A stretch of DNA of 62,706 nt, counting the filler, from Collodictyon triciliatum (Eukaryota), in the NCBI GenBank assembly GCA_043381765.1. It is 5 parts of 5 records of this genome, joined end to end, with 100 filler letters (N's around TTAATTAATTAA, not from the genome) between each part and the next. Parts side by side here need not be neighbours in the genome. Positions count along the whole stretch, not along the records: positions 1 to 8,026 come from JBHJMP010000940.1; positions 8,127 to 19,408 come from JBHJMP010000941.1; 3 more parts are not named here. The stretch is one strand, 5' to 3'. Below, in pieces: positions 1-12,636 of the stretch (its first letter is position 1; each line of letters opens with the position of its first letter). A program made the translations under genes and the position numbers. The notes under the pieces are model-generated. The model did no database searches. It worked only from the letters and a program-made list of their open reading frames with translations, and was not told the origin of the DNA.

Positions 1-207
1 TCTTTTTTTTTTATTCTTTTTTTTTTATTCTCTTTTTTTTATTCTCTTTTTTTTATTCCCTTTTTTTTATTCTCCGTCACTTTTTCTGTCATACCTAAAC
101 ACCTATGTACCCTTGCGTATCCCTATCATCATAGATTCATATCCCTACACCAACACATACACCCAGACATCCACACAAGCGCACCACCCACCACTACTAA
201 CCCACAG

Positions 208-609
208 CACAAACCCGTGCAGATTGTGATGGTGACGCGGCTCTCACCCATCCCCGTGGGTCTGCAAAACGTGATGCTGAGTCTCGTCATGGCAGGCGCC
301 GATGCTTTCTGGTGCTACGTGGTGGGCTCCGGGATTGTAATCATCCCCGAGATTCTAGTCTACATGCTTGCGGGCGGCACCATGAAGGACCTGTCTGAGT
401 TCATGGTTGGCCATGTGCGGCTCACGCTGTGGGAAGAATGCCTGCTGGCGGCCCAGGTCGTCGGCGCAGTCTGCTTCTTTGTTGGGATTGTCCGGTACGG
501 CTCGCGGCTGATGGCCGAGATACAGCAGACTCTGCACGACTCGGACGAGGAACTTGCGGGCTTCCAACCAGAGACGCGCCTGCAGGCACTCGACGAGGTG
601 CTCTCGTGA
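208..609 (+). CDS. 3' terminal exon of a TVP38/TMEM64 (VTT/DedA, SNARE-associated) membrane protein; 5' part lies outside the window
   Basis: A TACTAAC branch site (195-201) is followed by a CAG acceptor (205-207). The exon reads HKPVQIVMVTRLSPIPVGLQNVMLS...YVVGSGIVIIPEILVYMLAG, matching the VTT-family RLxPxP..xN motif, followed by hydrophobic helices and a TGA at 607-609. Confidence 0.75.
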   Translation, partial: HKPVQIVMVTRLSPIPVGLQNVMLSLVMAGADAFWCYVVGSGIVIIPEILVYMLAGGTMKDLSEFMVGHVRLTLWEECLLAAQVVGAVCFFVGIVRYGSRLMAEIQQTLHDSDEELAGFQPETRLQALDEVLS

Positions 610-1240
610 GCTGCGCATCTGTTCCCCATGGGCTCCGTGTTTGTCGCCTCCCTTCGTTCTTGCTCGCCTGCTTTCCTCCTCCCTCGCGCGTTGGCGCGCA
701 CGCCTTCGTCTCAGAGTCGGGCAAGTGGCGGGTTCGATGCTCTGTCTGGCGGGGCTGCGGACAGAAGCTGCCTCTGCGGTTGAGACGCGGGTGTCATCGC
801 TGCCCGGCTGCGCGTCTGCTCTGCTCCGTCATAAAGAGATGGGGTTTTCTTTTGTGCGTGTTGTGTGGGTGATTTCTGCAAAGCCTTTCATCTCCCCTGC
901 TTGTTTTTTGGTTTTGGTTTTGGTTTTTGTTGTTGTTTGTTGTTTTTGTTTGTATGTAGGACGGAGAGAAGCAGAAGGGAGATACAACGTAGGCTAAGGT
1001 GAATAAGAGACAAGGCAGCGCGGCGGTTGGTGCTTGTGTCCGTGGCAATGCGGGCCGCTATTGTAACTCGAAAAGCTCGCGTGTTTGTTTTGTTTGTCTT
1101 TATTTATTTTTATTTTTATTGATACATGAGTTTTTGTGTATGTGCGCAGAGAAGGGAGGGGAAAAAGGCTGCGTCTTTTCGAAAGAATGATAGCCTCTCG
1201 GAGTGCTGAGATGGACAAAAGAAAATGTCATGAGACTAGT

Positions 1241-1289
<49 letters not shown>

Positions 1290-1453
1290 TTGTTGTTGTT
1301 TTTGGATATTCGTGTTATATGAGAACGTATTTTTTTTCTTTTGAAGGTATATATTTTGGTCGTCGGCGTAGGAACTGGTTTTCTGGAGAACCGTGCTGTA
1401 TTAAACCAAAGCGTGTGCTGCTGGGAAGATGAAGGATGCAGGGACAAATGGAC

Positions 1454-4245
1454 TCAAGGAATCCACGTGCGGACGCATCCATCCGCAAAGCCGCCGTATA
1501 TCTCTTTGCGTACGTCGTCAAACAACAAAACTGTTAATCCGAATGCGCTTAAAGTCAATGAATCGTGTGTGTCAATGCCGGGCAGAATCTGGGCGACTTC
1601 TTCTCCTGTGCGAGTCTTTACAATACGAATAGTCTCTATGTTTGTTTGGCGCGCAAAGATTTAGTTCGCACAGCCATAAGTAAAAGTACTAACCCAATGT
1701 GAGCGATAAAGATTTCGAGAAAAGGAGATTGTGTGTTGATAAAAAAATGTATAGAAAATATCCAGGCATGAGAAAAAAAAAGTAAGACTTGGGAACTAAA
1801 CAGCTAATTTGAGCTGAGCCAATATTGTGAAATAATGAAGGGATTGTCAAAGCATTTACAGGGATGATGTGTCTGTGAAAAAAATAATAGTGTACTATCT
1901 TCTGCACAGGAACCCGATGCACTGTAGATGATAAACTCCTGTTTTGCATCAGTGCACATGGAGCTCACACGATCTTGTGACCATAACATCCCATGCTTGT
2001 CTCTGCACAGGGTAAAAGAGAGAAAAATATACTGAAATAAGTCGTCTGAACAAATATTGTTTATTTTACATTGTGAGCGACATAATATCTTTTCAGAAAA
2101 AAGTCTTTGAATCGAATAAAGAAAAAAATTCATAAAAAGGTACATGCGAATGAGAGATAGTGTGGTATATATCCAGATAAGAAAAACTGAGAACAATATA
2201 ACGTGCGAGAAAAAAAAAGAGAGACAAATCGTTTAACATGACTTTGAACAGAAAGAATAAATTAAATATTTAGTTATTTGTGCAACCTAGGCAAATGCCC
2301 ATCTCGCAAATTCCATATCTTCATGCGCCCTTTCTGAAAAGTTGCAAACATATTTTGTTTGTGGAAATAAACGAAAGAATTTGGAAAGAAGGCCTCGGTG
2401 TTGTCCATGCTTGATATCTCCAACGTATCCACCTACAAGTTACTTCAATTAGAAAAGACATAGAATCAGGATAAATCAATACAGGATAAACCCAGTACGG
2501 CATGAAAGAATACCGCACAGGAAGATATACATTTATGATTTGGACATTCTCCTGGTAGTTTTTGATGAAAACAAAGCGGCCCATAAACTCTACAAATTCT
2601 ATCATCTTTTGGCGGTGTGTCAGTTGTTGGAAGGATTTTAGTGCCTATTAATTTGAAGGGGAGAACCATACGTTATAACTGGTACATGGCATACCATATT
2701 AATACATCGATCGTATAGAAAAATTGAAATTAAAAATCTAGACAGCATAAAATAAGGCAGTATTTCAAGAGCGAAGAGAAATTAAGGAGCATAGGTACCT
2801 CTCCTGTGTCCGCATTTAATAGCACAAACTTAATATGTCCACTTTTCCTACGACAAACGACTAGCAAATATCCAACACTAGATGAATGTTAAAAAGTATA
2901 TAACCTATCAGATACAGTTAAAATACAGTATATAGGAACTGACCCAAGAAAGATGGATAAAATACCTTGATTTTACTTCATGTATGTCGCGGATGTTGAT
3001 TGTGTATGAAAGGTCGTAATTTTTCATGTCCCATACTTTGTAAAACCTAGTGTAATTTACATGTTTTGATTGGATTGGATTGGATTGTTTGTTTAGGGAA
3101 AAAGGGGGATATTGGGCCGTTTAAGAATGTATTCATCCAAAGGAATGAGTGAGGCAGGCCTTGAAGCGTATTCAGGTCATTTATTTTTTGTTTGATTTTT
3201 TCATCGGGCTTTTTTGTGGTAGATTATACGAAATGAGAAAATACTTTCTTTTTTTTTTATTCATTCTTCCCAACAGTAAAAGGAGGTAAGAGTTTCGTTG
3301 TAGAAATAGTACCTCTCTGATGCAGATTTTGTGATTATCTTATCATTCAGATCATCAAATTCAATGTAACCAGGCCATTCTAGCGTCTCCCCATCGAACA
3401 AAGGAAGTCCCTCTTTCGGTATTCCTTTTAGAATATTTCTACAGTTGTATTGTAAAATTGAAAAGAGAAAATCTTTTTTTTTATTTTCTTGTATTGATTT
3501 TCTTGCATGTTGGTATGAATAATCAATTAATTGCTACTTAAGAGTCCTTTATTATGAAAAAAAACCTGATCTGCACTGAACGACAGGAGAGCACCCCAAA
3601 TCTGGTAGCTTTTTTTACGGATATTATAATTACAGAATCGTCAATTTTATTGTAAAATATGCTGCGGATGACCTCATCATCATGGATGTTCAGCTCACAT
3701 AACTTTTTTGAACTATCTATTATCAAAAAATAGAAAACATTAGAATGTAACTTGATAACATATATCGAAAGAGATAACCAACAGACCAACGTCACCTTAG
3801 CATAAACATCAGAATTCTAGAAAGCATAAATAACCTCTACTATATGCAGAGCATATTCCTGATAATGTAAGAGCACAGATAACATCCTGTGCCATACATA
3901 TGCTTGTGATTCTGCAACGTTGATCCGAAAATGCCAGTTTTTGTGTCATATTAGCAGACTCGAAAAGATCCAGGCTTACCTTCATGTAGCGCGCAGCTTA
4001 AGGTCAGAAGTGATGTATTTTATGGTTCTTGACAGAATTATAATATTAATGTGTGTACATACATTCATCTTCATGCTCTGGAATAACTCCCTTGAGATGG
4101 CATCAGTCATCTCGAATCTATTTCGCCCCAAAATCTCTCTGGACCGGAGTCTCTTGAATGTGTTCTCGTCGCTTGAGCATGGTGCAACTCTCTTTCTTTC
4201 CTGACAAACGATTGTGTACTCTCGGTTCTTCGGGTCCAAAGTCAT
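1454..4245 (-). CDS. Multi-exon conserved uncharacterised beta-propeller (WD40-like) protein, resembling the plant At3g54190/At2g38630 family
   Basis: Spliced exons give NTFKRLRSREI..., RITSICMAQDVICALTLSGICSAYSR, LCELNIHDDEVIRSIFYNKIDDSVIIISV, LFDGETLEWPGYIEFDDLNDKI and a last exon VLLFDDVRKEIYGGFADGCVRTWIP*. As I recall them, these are colinear with the plant family motifs DEVIRSLFYNK, LKWPGFVEFDDVNGK and LFYDEERNEIYTG. The introns I checked are GT-AG. Confidence 0.75.
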
Positions 4246-5511
4246 GTGCCTACCCTGAAAAGGCTGAATCTTAAGCGCGAGCGATTTTAGTTTGACAATA
4301 GGTGGATCGAAGGAAAAATAGTGGAACCTCAACAAGTAAGCAGGTTGGTATGTGTTATTGATAGCTGTGCAGTCTTGAGAGAAAAAAAAGTTCATTTCAG
4401 GTTTTTGATTTTCTTTGTTTTTTGAAACATTTGCATGTGTAACGAAGGTAAAGGAACTTAATCTTCTAGGGTACATGTCGACCACGGCACAAAGAGAATA
4501 AGAAAGCAAAAATAAAGAAGGTAAAGAAAAGAAAAGAAAAGTAAAGAAGGAATAATTTACTTTTAAGGATAAAATACCCACGACTCTGTGTGAGGGAAGG
4601 AGAAATATATATACAAAGGACAGAGTCTGAAAACATTCATATTCGACTATTGCGATCGAGGCACACATCAAAGTGGGTGTCGCTGTGAAATGAAATGAAA
4701 AGAAAAGAAAAGAAAAAAAAGGGCAGACGTGTCACAAAAGCGCGGATATCCTTTCAGAAAATAATATGGTCGAGTCTTTTGAAATGCAAGATTGCATCGG
4801 ATTATGTGGTACATTTCTCACGCCTCAGTGTGTATGCTCAGCAGGCTGCGAGTTGTTTGGTCTGGCGATAAAGCACAAACGCAGCGCGAATCGTGGGCGA
4901 TCCATCTGGCTGTCTGGCTCTCCCACAGTTGCGCATACCCAATTGCCAAAGCATGTAATCTTTTCCCAAGGATGGAATATGATTTGACCAAATGCGGAAT
5001 ATAAATGAAACAGCTTGCTGATTCCTGTCTTGACCACTAATGGAGATTTAAAAACAAATAATGGCGTACATGATTGTTTTAATATAAGCCCTATGAAGTT
5101 TATACTGAAAACGCACCAAAAGTGTCCAGCTTCAATAAGACATGGAGAACCAGGTCGGCTGTGCTTTTCGAGAAGAAACGACACGAAATAGAGAAAACAG
5201 AGTGCATCTTCGTGTGCTGCAAAACGAGACACCCGATACACGAAGACTGCATCAACAAATGTCGTTAATGCATCGTATTTTTGAGCAGATATAGAGGCTT
5301 CGTTGGGTCATGGACGGCTGGCGGTTCTTTATAGGGGCAGAATCAGGGAAAGTGAATTGTTGGAGGAATAAAGCGCGGGAGTTTAGGTAAATGGCAACAT
5401 TGAAAAGACTTTGACAGAAATCTCGCCATACGGGAGTAATTCAGCTGCACCAGCCAATGGTTCGATATTTTCTCTCAGTTTTTTTTTTTGTTACTTGTTT
5501 TTTTCACCGAT

Positions 5512-7032
5512 TCATGATTTTGTTTCGTTTGGAGACCAACCACATGACGGACATCTCGAAGAAGTTTTGATAAACAAGCAAGCAATTCCGAAAGGAAAGG
5601 TGAGGATGCAGCCGAGGTAAACATACCATGGTCTTGGTGCATCTTCAACAGTCCCTTCGCACCTTGGGCATACAGGTTCCGTATTCTTCTTTGAAGAGTA
5701 ATTCAAATTCGGAGTCGATGCTTTTACCGACGTTGTATGAGAAGGCGTACTAACACTACCGGTCGTCGTCGTCGGTGCACCAGTCGGAATGCCATTTGGA
5801 GGGGGGTTTGACGGCTGATTTGTACCTCCGTGTTGCGGAAGGTGGCTATTTTGAGATCCATCAACCGAGGGTTTTCGGAGAAATGAGAATGCAGACGAAA
5901 AGGGGGAAGATGTCCCTTTCTCTGCAGCTTCATGGTTGCGATGGGTCGATTGCCCATCATTCGTTCCATATTTTGGAGGGGTTGTTGAGTGGGATAAAGA
6001 AAATGAAGGAGGTACTGCATCGCCGTCAGAGGTTATTTGGCTCTGCGTCGAATAACCGTGCATCGAAGCTGATGATTGTGTGGGCGGGGTGACTTGGCCG
6101 ATCTGATGTGACTGAGAAGGAGCGTGTCCAGATAGATGGCTGGGCATTTGGGTATTCGAGGGAGGAAATATGTGACTTGAATGATTTGAAGGCGAGGTTG
6201 TCATAGAGGATGTGTGTATGGAATGGGGGTTGCTAGAGATTCCAGTGTGTGTGGTGGATTGAGTATATCTCCCGGTGGGCTGATTTCCTGTTGCAGCGCT
6301 ATTATGCTGCGGAGGATAGGATACAGCTCTTGATGAAGTTGTCTTGATCTGTGGATTCTTAGCCTAACACAATGACCAGCATGTTTGTCAGTACAATCGT
6401 TATGAGTTGAACTCTATAAGGAATATCGAAGCACTTGAAGGCAACGGTTGTTTTTTTTTTATGAAATGTGTCGGTGAGTACCTCAAAATCTGTGACATGG
6501 ATAATATGGAACGGCTCGCCAAGAGGGTTAGGCTGCCTGTGCAAATCAGCCTCGGGAGGGTCGTAGAGTTTGTAGTATCTGTATGAAGAAGCACTTACCG
6601 GGCTTTTCTGCCCACTTGTTTCTCTTAATACGTCATCTTCATCATCGATGTCATCATCGTCTGCAACATATTGGCTTGGCTCTTGGTGCACAAACAACAT
6701 ATGGTCATTGGTTGCCTCCATATCAACGTGTTTGCGCTCCTCGGTTACAACACTTGCAACTGACCGAGATTCCTGCATAGCAACGAATGCATCAAGCTGC
6801 GGTTCTGGAGGCGGCCTGGGAATGCTTTCGAACTCTGCTGGGGTGGCTAGTTTTTCGGAAAGTGGAGACAAAAGCAGGGGAAAGAAGAATACGGGTCGTA
6901 GTCATGTGAGCGACAAGGACTAAAGACCAACACCAAATGACCACAAATAGATCTTGTTAACTATGAGCAGGTTTTATTATCATTATTATTATTATTATTA
7001 TTATTAGGGTGTTGATTAGGTCACTTACTCAT
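5512..7032 (-). CDS. BRI3/LITAF-like membrane-associated zinc-binding protein with a long Ser/Thr/Pro/His-rich N-terminus (3 exons)
   Basis: Exon 1 is ATG-A|GTAAGT at 7032-7029. Exon 2 reads TTPAEFESIPRPP...VTDFE|GT and exon 3 resumes at NPQIKTT. The C-terminus is CPRCEG...VYLGCILTFPFGIACLFIKTSSRCPSCG, i.e. CxxC-hydrophobic hairpin-CxxC with the BRI3-type FPFG. Confidence 0.75.
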
Positions 7033-7855
7033 GCCACACGACGAAAGGAGACGCTGTGAATACGCGCAGAAACGCCAAGCGCAGCCTGGGAAAAGACGGG
7101 TGCGTTTGTGTGTCAGAAATGCGCACAGATCAAAAGGCGATTCTGGGTGAACGCACAGCTTTGGGATGGGAAGGGAAAAAGGAAGGAGGGACAGCGGTGA
7201 CACACGATCGCAACGCGCGGCTTCTATGTGTCGGCACGTCACGTGCAAGGGACAGTATAACCATGAGCAAACATTATAACATTTATTAATATATTTATTG
7301 CAGCTTCGAAATATACACAATAATCGTTTGCAATCCTTTTTTGGAGCATTATATGACTAATACAATATTTTCCAGTTATGTTAATATAATTGTGGATTAT
7401 ATGATAATTACTATTTGTACATGCCATTGAGTTAATTGTACTGATATAAAAGTAATAATAGCTAATAATGATGCATATGACACTATACAATTACAAAATG
7501 TCGATAATGCTTTAAGTGGAAACAGTCGATTGACATGCAAACCCATAATCCAGCGCCTCCATATACACTCTAATCGAAATCCAGCTTTCTTGCCACAAAC
7601 GCTCCCAAACTGTTCCTACAGAGCGAGCCCTTTAAAACAGGACGCAGGACATGTCGTTCGGATCAAACCAAACGAATCGGCTCACGAGTCCACACAAAGC
7701 CAAACTCCGACCCCACACGCAGCAACGCAGCCCATTTCACTGAGTCTCTTTTTTTCTCTTCTCCACTGTTCGTCTTCATTCCATCACCGCTGACTTCATC
7801 ACAGAGCCTCTCACCACTCGCCCTTCCACCGCAGCCTCATCCAGCCCTCCAAGCC

Positions 7856-10762
7856 ATGTCGTCGGCCCCTTCTGAGAATCCCTCCGCGGTTGTCGACCTT
7901 GCAGGCCTCAAGGTTTGCCCCTACCCTCAGAAACTCACAAAAAAAAAAAAAAAAAAAAAAAAAAAAACACCAAACCAACTACCCACCCCACCCCCCCCCC
8001 CCCCCCCCCCCCCCAACCACCCCCACNNNNNNNNNNNNNNNNNNNNNNNNNNNNNNNNNNNNNNNNNNNNTTAATTAATTAANNNNNNNNNNNNNNNNNN
8101 NNNNNNNNNNNNNNNNNNNNNNNNNNCGACCTTGCAGACCTAAAGGTTTTCCCCCACCCTCAGAAACTCACAAAAAAAAAAAAAAAAGACGATCAGCAAA
8201 CCAGCTTATTTTGCCCACCTTCTTACGCCTCGAAGAATATACTTCCCACGCAGCGCGCCACGATCTCCTCTCCTTCCCGTCGATTCTGACCAAATCCTTG
8301 CCGACGAACATACTCACTCACAAACTCACATCAGATGGATCTGCTTCGCTTGGTGGGCACCTCCTTGATCAACGAGCCCAACTTCTTCAGCAAGTCGCCG
8401 TCGCCGGTGAAGACCCGGCTGAATCAGCTCATGTTCCAAATCGCCCCGTTCGATGGAGAGTTCCTTCTTAAGGTGCGTCCCTCTTGCACTATATATGTTG
8501 GATACCTTCTTCATCCTTTTTTTTTCTTTTTTTGTGCTCACTCATTCGCCATGCATTTGTTCATCCACTCGTTTAATTGGCATGTTATTTACCGCATCAT
8601 ATAAGGTTGCACTCTATGTGCGGGACGATCTCAACATCCGATCAACTGCAAACTACATTCTCGCTCTGTGCTCGACTCTGCCTTCGTCCTCAGCTTTTCT
8701 GAAGCTGTATCTCCCTGCTGTTGTGCGGCTGCCAAGCGACTGGTTGGACATTCCGGCCCTGTATCTTTGCCTTGAGGCGCGAAGCCTACAAGGCCGTTCC
8801 TTTCCAGCCAGTCTGCGCAAGGCCATGGCCCCGAAGTTTTATGAGGCAAGAACCCTTCCTCTCTCCCTCTCTCTCCCTCATCTCAAGATTCGTCATACTT
8901 CTATCTCTGTGTTCATTATGCCTATCACGACATCATGAAGGCAACAAACTCACTTCCTCGCCACCCCATAGTTCGACACATACCAACTGGCAAAGTACAA
9001 CCGCGAAAAGACCATCAAGCGCAAGATGAAGAAGCTCAAAATTCAACGCGAAAGCGGACCTGAGCTATCAAACAGTGATGACGAGAATGAGGACGAAAAC
9101 GCTGACGCAGCTGCGTCGCTTCCCATATCGCGCCGGCCCACAATGGCGCAGAGAGGCAGAGGACGCGGTAGAGGACGTGGCAGAGGCATGGCTCGTGGAG
9201 CCGCACAAACACGGCCCGTACGCAAAATGAACGACCGCCCACACTTCACCATGAAGTCGGTCATTCGGCAGCTTCATATCAGCCACCCTATTTATGCAGT
9301 CATGTGTGTTCTCGGCAAAAAGTATCCAGCCACGCTCGAAGACTTTTACCGTCTCGGGTTGCCCGGGACGTTCGATGCTGACCGAGCCAATACGCGCATG
9401 AAGCTGCCTGTCCCTGAGACTTGGGAAACGTTCCTGTCGGCCCGTGGAAATCACTCAGTTACGTGGGAGGAGCTTATGGATCATAATAAGGTCTTTATTT
9501 TATCAACTTTTTTTTTCACTTAATGCTGGAAGTTCTGTTTGTAAAGTTCGCTCCCCTTAGTATTTTTATGAGTTCTTTTTTTTTGGCATAGTTGATGTGA
9601 ATCTTCCAAGCGCATATTTGTTTTTCGTGTGTGTTGATCTCCTATACCTCCCAGCTCCCATTCATGGCAATGCTCCGAAATCTGCGCAACCTGATTATTG
9701 TGGGAATCAGTTCTCGACATCATAAGTGGATTCTCTCTCGGCTCAAGAATGAAAATCAAGTGGTCAACAGTAGGCAATTCCCCTTTGCATTCTTCTCTGC
9801 CTTTGAGGCCCTTGACCTCAAGCTGCTTCAGGTTTTTTTTTAATCCCACATACCAAAGCCAGTCGGTTTAAATGATGGTTTTTATTATTATTATTAAAAA
9901 ACTGTCCAACTCAAGCGTATAAACTATACCTCCATTTACCCACCACATACGCTCATGCATATTTTTAACTTGATTTATATCCCTGCACAAACGCAATCAG
10001 GAGGAAGTGAAGAACAAGAATGAAACGGCGAAAAAGAAACTTGCCTCCCAACATATCGCAAAGAAAAAGATGAAGAAGGCTGGCATTGTTGTTCCGACCA
10101 CTCCGAAGGCTAAAGTAGCAGAAGCTCCTAAAGGCAAGGGAAAGGAGAAGGCACCGTTAAAGGAGCTAACCTCGCGGAGAGTAGCGTCTTACACAGCTCC
10201 AACAGAGAAACTCCTGAGTGAATATCGAGACGTAAGCAAGCTAATCAAATTTAATGACCCAGATGTGCGGTCTTTAGAATCCCTTTTTTTTTTGTCCAAA
10301 AACAGTATTAAAAGCGATTTATTCTATGGCTGCTAGGCTCTGGATACATCCATCAAAATTGCAACTGTCCACAATGTTCCACCAATCACAGGTACGTTCG
10401 CCAGGCTAAGGGATTTTTTTTTTAAAACATGTATCAGTTACCTTGGGGTTTTCTCTTTGTTATATGAAAGTACTTGTGAGTCAGTTGTAAATGGAGTCGA
10501 GCTAAACTTGTACTTCGATTGTCTCTCAGGTCGAACCATCGTTGTCTGCCAGGTGACCGATAATATGACGAATCCTTGTAAAAGCGCTAAAGGACTAGGG
10601 TCAAAACGAACCATTCTAGAAGTCTCTATTCTCCTTGGACTCATGTGCAAGTACGTCTGTGAGGTATGTGTGAAGCATTCTGCTCCTTATTTCTAGAGAA
10701 GTGTAGAATTATGTATAAAAAGGCCCACCAAAGTAAACAAGCTTTTATTCTTTTTTTCTTCT

Positions 10763-10817
<55 letters not shown>

Positions 10818-12600
10818 CTTCGTGATACGTAGGATTGCGGATTCTATCTCTTTTGCGAACCGAGTACGTCTTATCCACACGGCTACATGGAAATTCAACT
10901 AGAATCCCAAAGCTCCATCTTGCACAACATGAAGTCTGTGATTGAAGCCGCTAAGACACTTGTTCCAGCAGCCGATATTCCCTCTGAATTTCTGGAGAGC
11001 TTTGTTATCAAAAAGACCAAGGTTAATCATTCGGCATTTCGATTTCTATCATAAAACAGCACGTAAATATCCCGTGATGTCAGCTTCTTTGCCAGCATCC
11101 AACCATCTTTGTTAATCTAGATTGATAATCTCTTGTTGATGACTCATGGAATATCGTCGAAACTCTCCCTGTTGGATTTGCTTCCGCGGTACCGCTCTGA
11201 GGTTAATAGCAGCATGCTCTTCGTCAATGTCGATTTGAGCGGCTCAAAGGTTTGTCCGATTCAAACGTGCCCTTATTCTTGTCAGTAGTCATATCCCATC
11301 CCCAGCCTATTGCCAGTCGACACTAATTTCATTTCTGTTGGCGATGCAGAGCATGTCTGACAGAATCACTCCCGACAACCCCAACGATGTGTATCTTGCT
11401 GGATTCAGCGAGCAAATCCTTCGGTTCATTGCTGAGCGCGGTAACAAGGGTCAACTGGACTACGTGGAAAACATTCGGAATGTCAAAGGTGTCGACGACC
11501 CGAAGCGTGCCAAACGAATGGCAGATATAAAAGAAAAAGGCAAGGCACTCCTATCACGCCCGCTCATCGCTCCTTTCCAGTCGACCACCAACGAGAAGAA
11601 GCGACCAATTCAAACAACGAAGGCCTTGCCAAACATAGCTCATTCCAAAAAGTAAGTGCCTTTTTCATACGCCTTCCACTTCCCCTATTTCTCTTTTTAT
11701 TTGTTTATTTACAAATATTTACAATTAATTACAAAAAAAAAACGTCTACATTTCATAGTTTGCAATCACTCTCCTGATTATTTATGAATATCACAGACAA
11801 ATTCGACTTTTGAAGACGTCCTCGGAGTGGAAAACTGTGCGTGTCTTTATTTCGTCTACCTTCCACGATATGCACGGAGAGCGTGATATTCTTGTCAGCG
11901 AAGTTTTCCCCCTTTTGAGGGAGCAGATGAAGGAGCGCCGCATCATTCTGAACGAAGTTGATCTTCGCTGGGGACTCACTGGCCATGTTTGTCCTCAAAT
12001 CTTACCTAGCTTTTCATGCTCATGTAAAATCATTGTGCTTAGAAAATGGGCAACCATTTTTTTTTTAAAAAAAAAGAAGAAAAGGAAAGAAATCCTTAAT
12101 GTTAATGGACAATACTGAAATCCATGTACATCCAACGTAGGATGCCATGCTCCAGGGCGAAATCAGCCTTTGTTTGTCCGAGATCGACAAGTGCCGTCCA
12201 TTCTTCATTGGTATCCTTGGGTCACGGTATCCTACACTCCTATTAAAATCTTGTATTTCCATTTAGTTGTGGTTGTCGAAGTTGATGTCTTGACTTTTCT
12301 TTATATGCCAATCTGACGTCCTATTTTTTCAGATACGGTTATGTGCCATCGTCTTACACTTCGGCGGTTCAACAGTTTCCTTTCCTACAAAAGATTCCTG
12401 CGGGCAAATCAATTACTGAGCTGGAGATGATTTATGGTGAGCCTGTTTTATCCTTGTTATGTCTATTGATTTTTATTATGTGCTTTATGTTTATTTTTGA
12501 GCTTTCTCTGTTTCTTTATTTTTCTTCTACATCTTTAAAAATTCTATTGTCTTAAACTCTCACTTATCATCACCATCATCACCATCATCACCATCATCAC

Positions 12601-12636
<36 letters not shown>

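Noticed and set aside
720-750. GGGTTCGAT, a tRNA T-loop-like motif; other GGTTCG hits at ~5459 and ~58938
   Set aside because: There is no T-stem pairing or cloverleaf. I found no tRNA, rRNA or CRISPR array in the window.
4746-4754. ATATCCTTT, a perfect U12 donor motif; likewise GTATCCTTT at 33556-33564 and GTATCCTAC at 12228
   Set aside because: There is no properly spaced U12 branch site and acceptor, and no exon that requires them. The 33556 site lies inside a normal GT-AG intron, and the 12228 intron has a U2-type CTGAC branch site.
8071-8082. TTAATTAATTAA inside N runs, also at 19453-19464, 30665-30676 and 57620-57631
   Set aside because: The same 12-mer is centred in ~100-bp N blocks and places stop codons in all frames. 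It is an artificial scaffold linker, not biology.
7894-8187. Near-duplicate of the TEP1 exon 1/intron 1 junction on both sides of a gap
   Set aside because: It lies at contig ends beside homopolymer-rich, low-quality sequence. An unmerged overlap is more likely than a real exon duplication.
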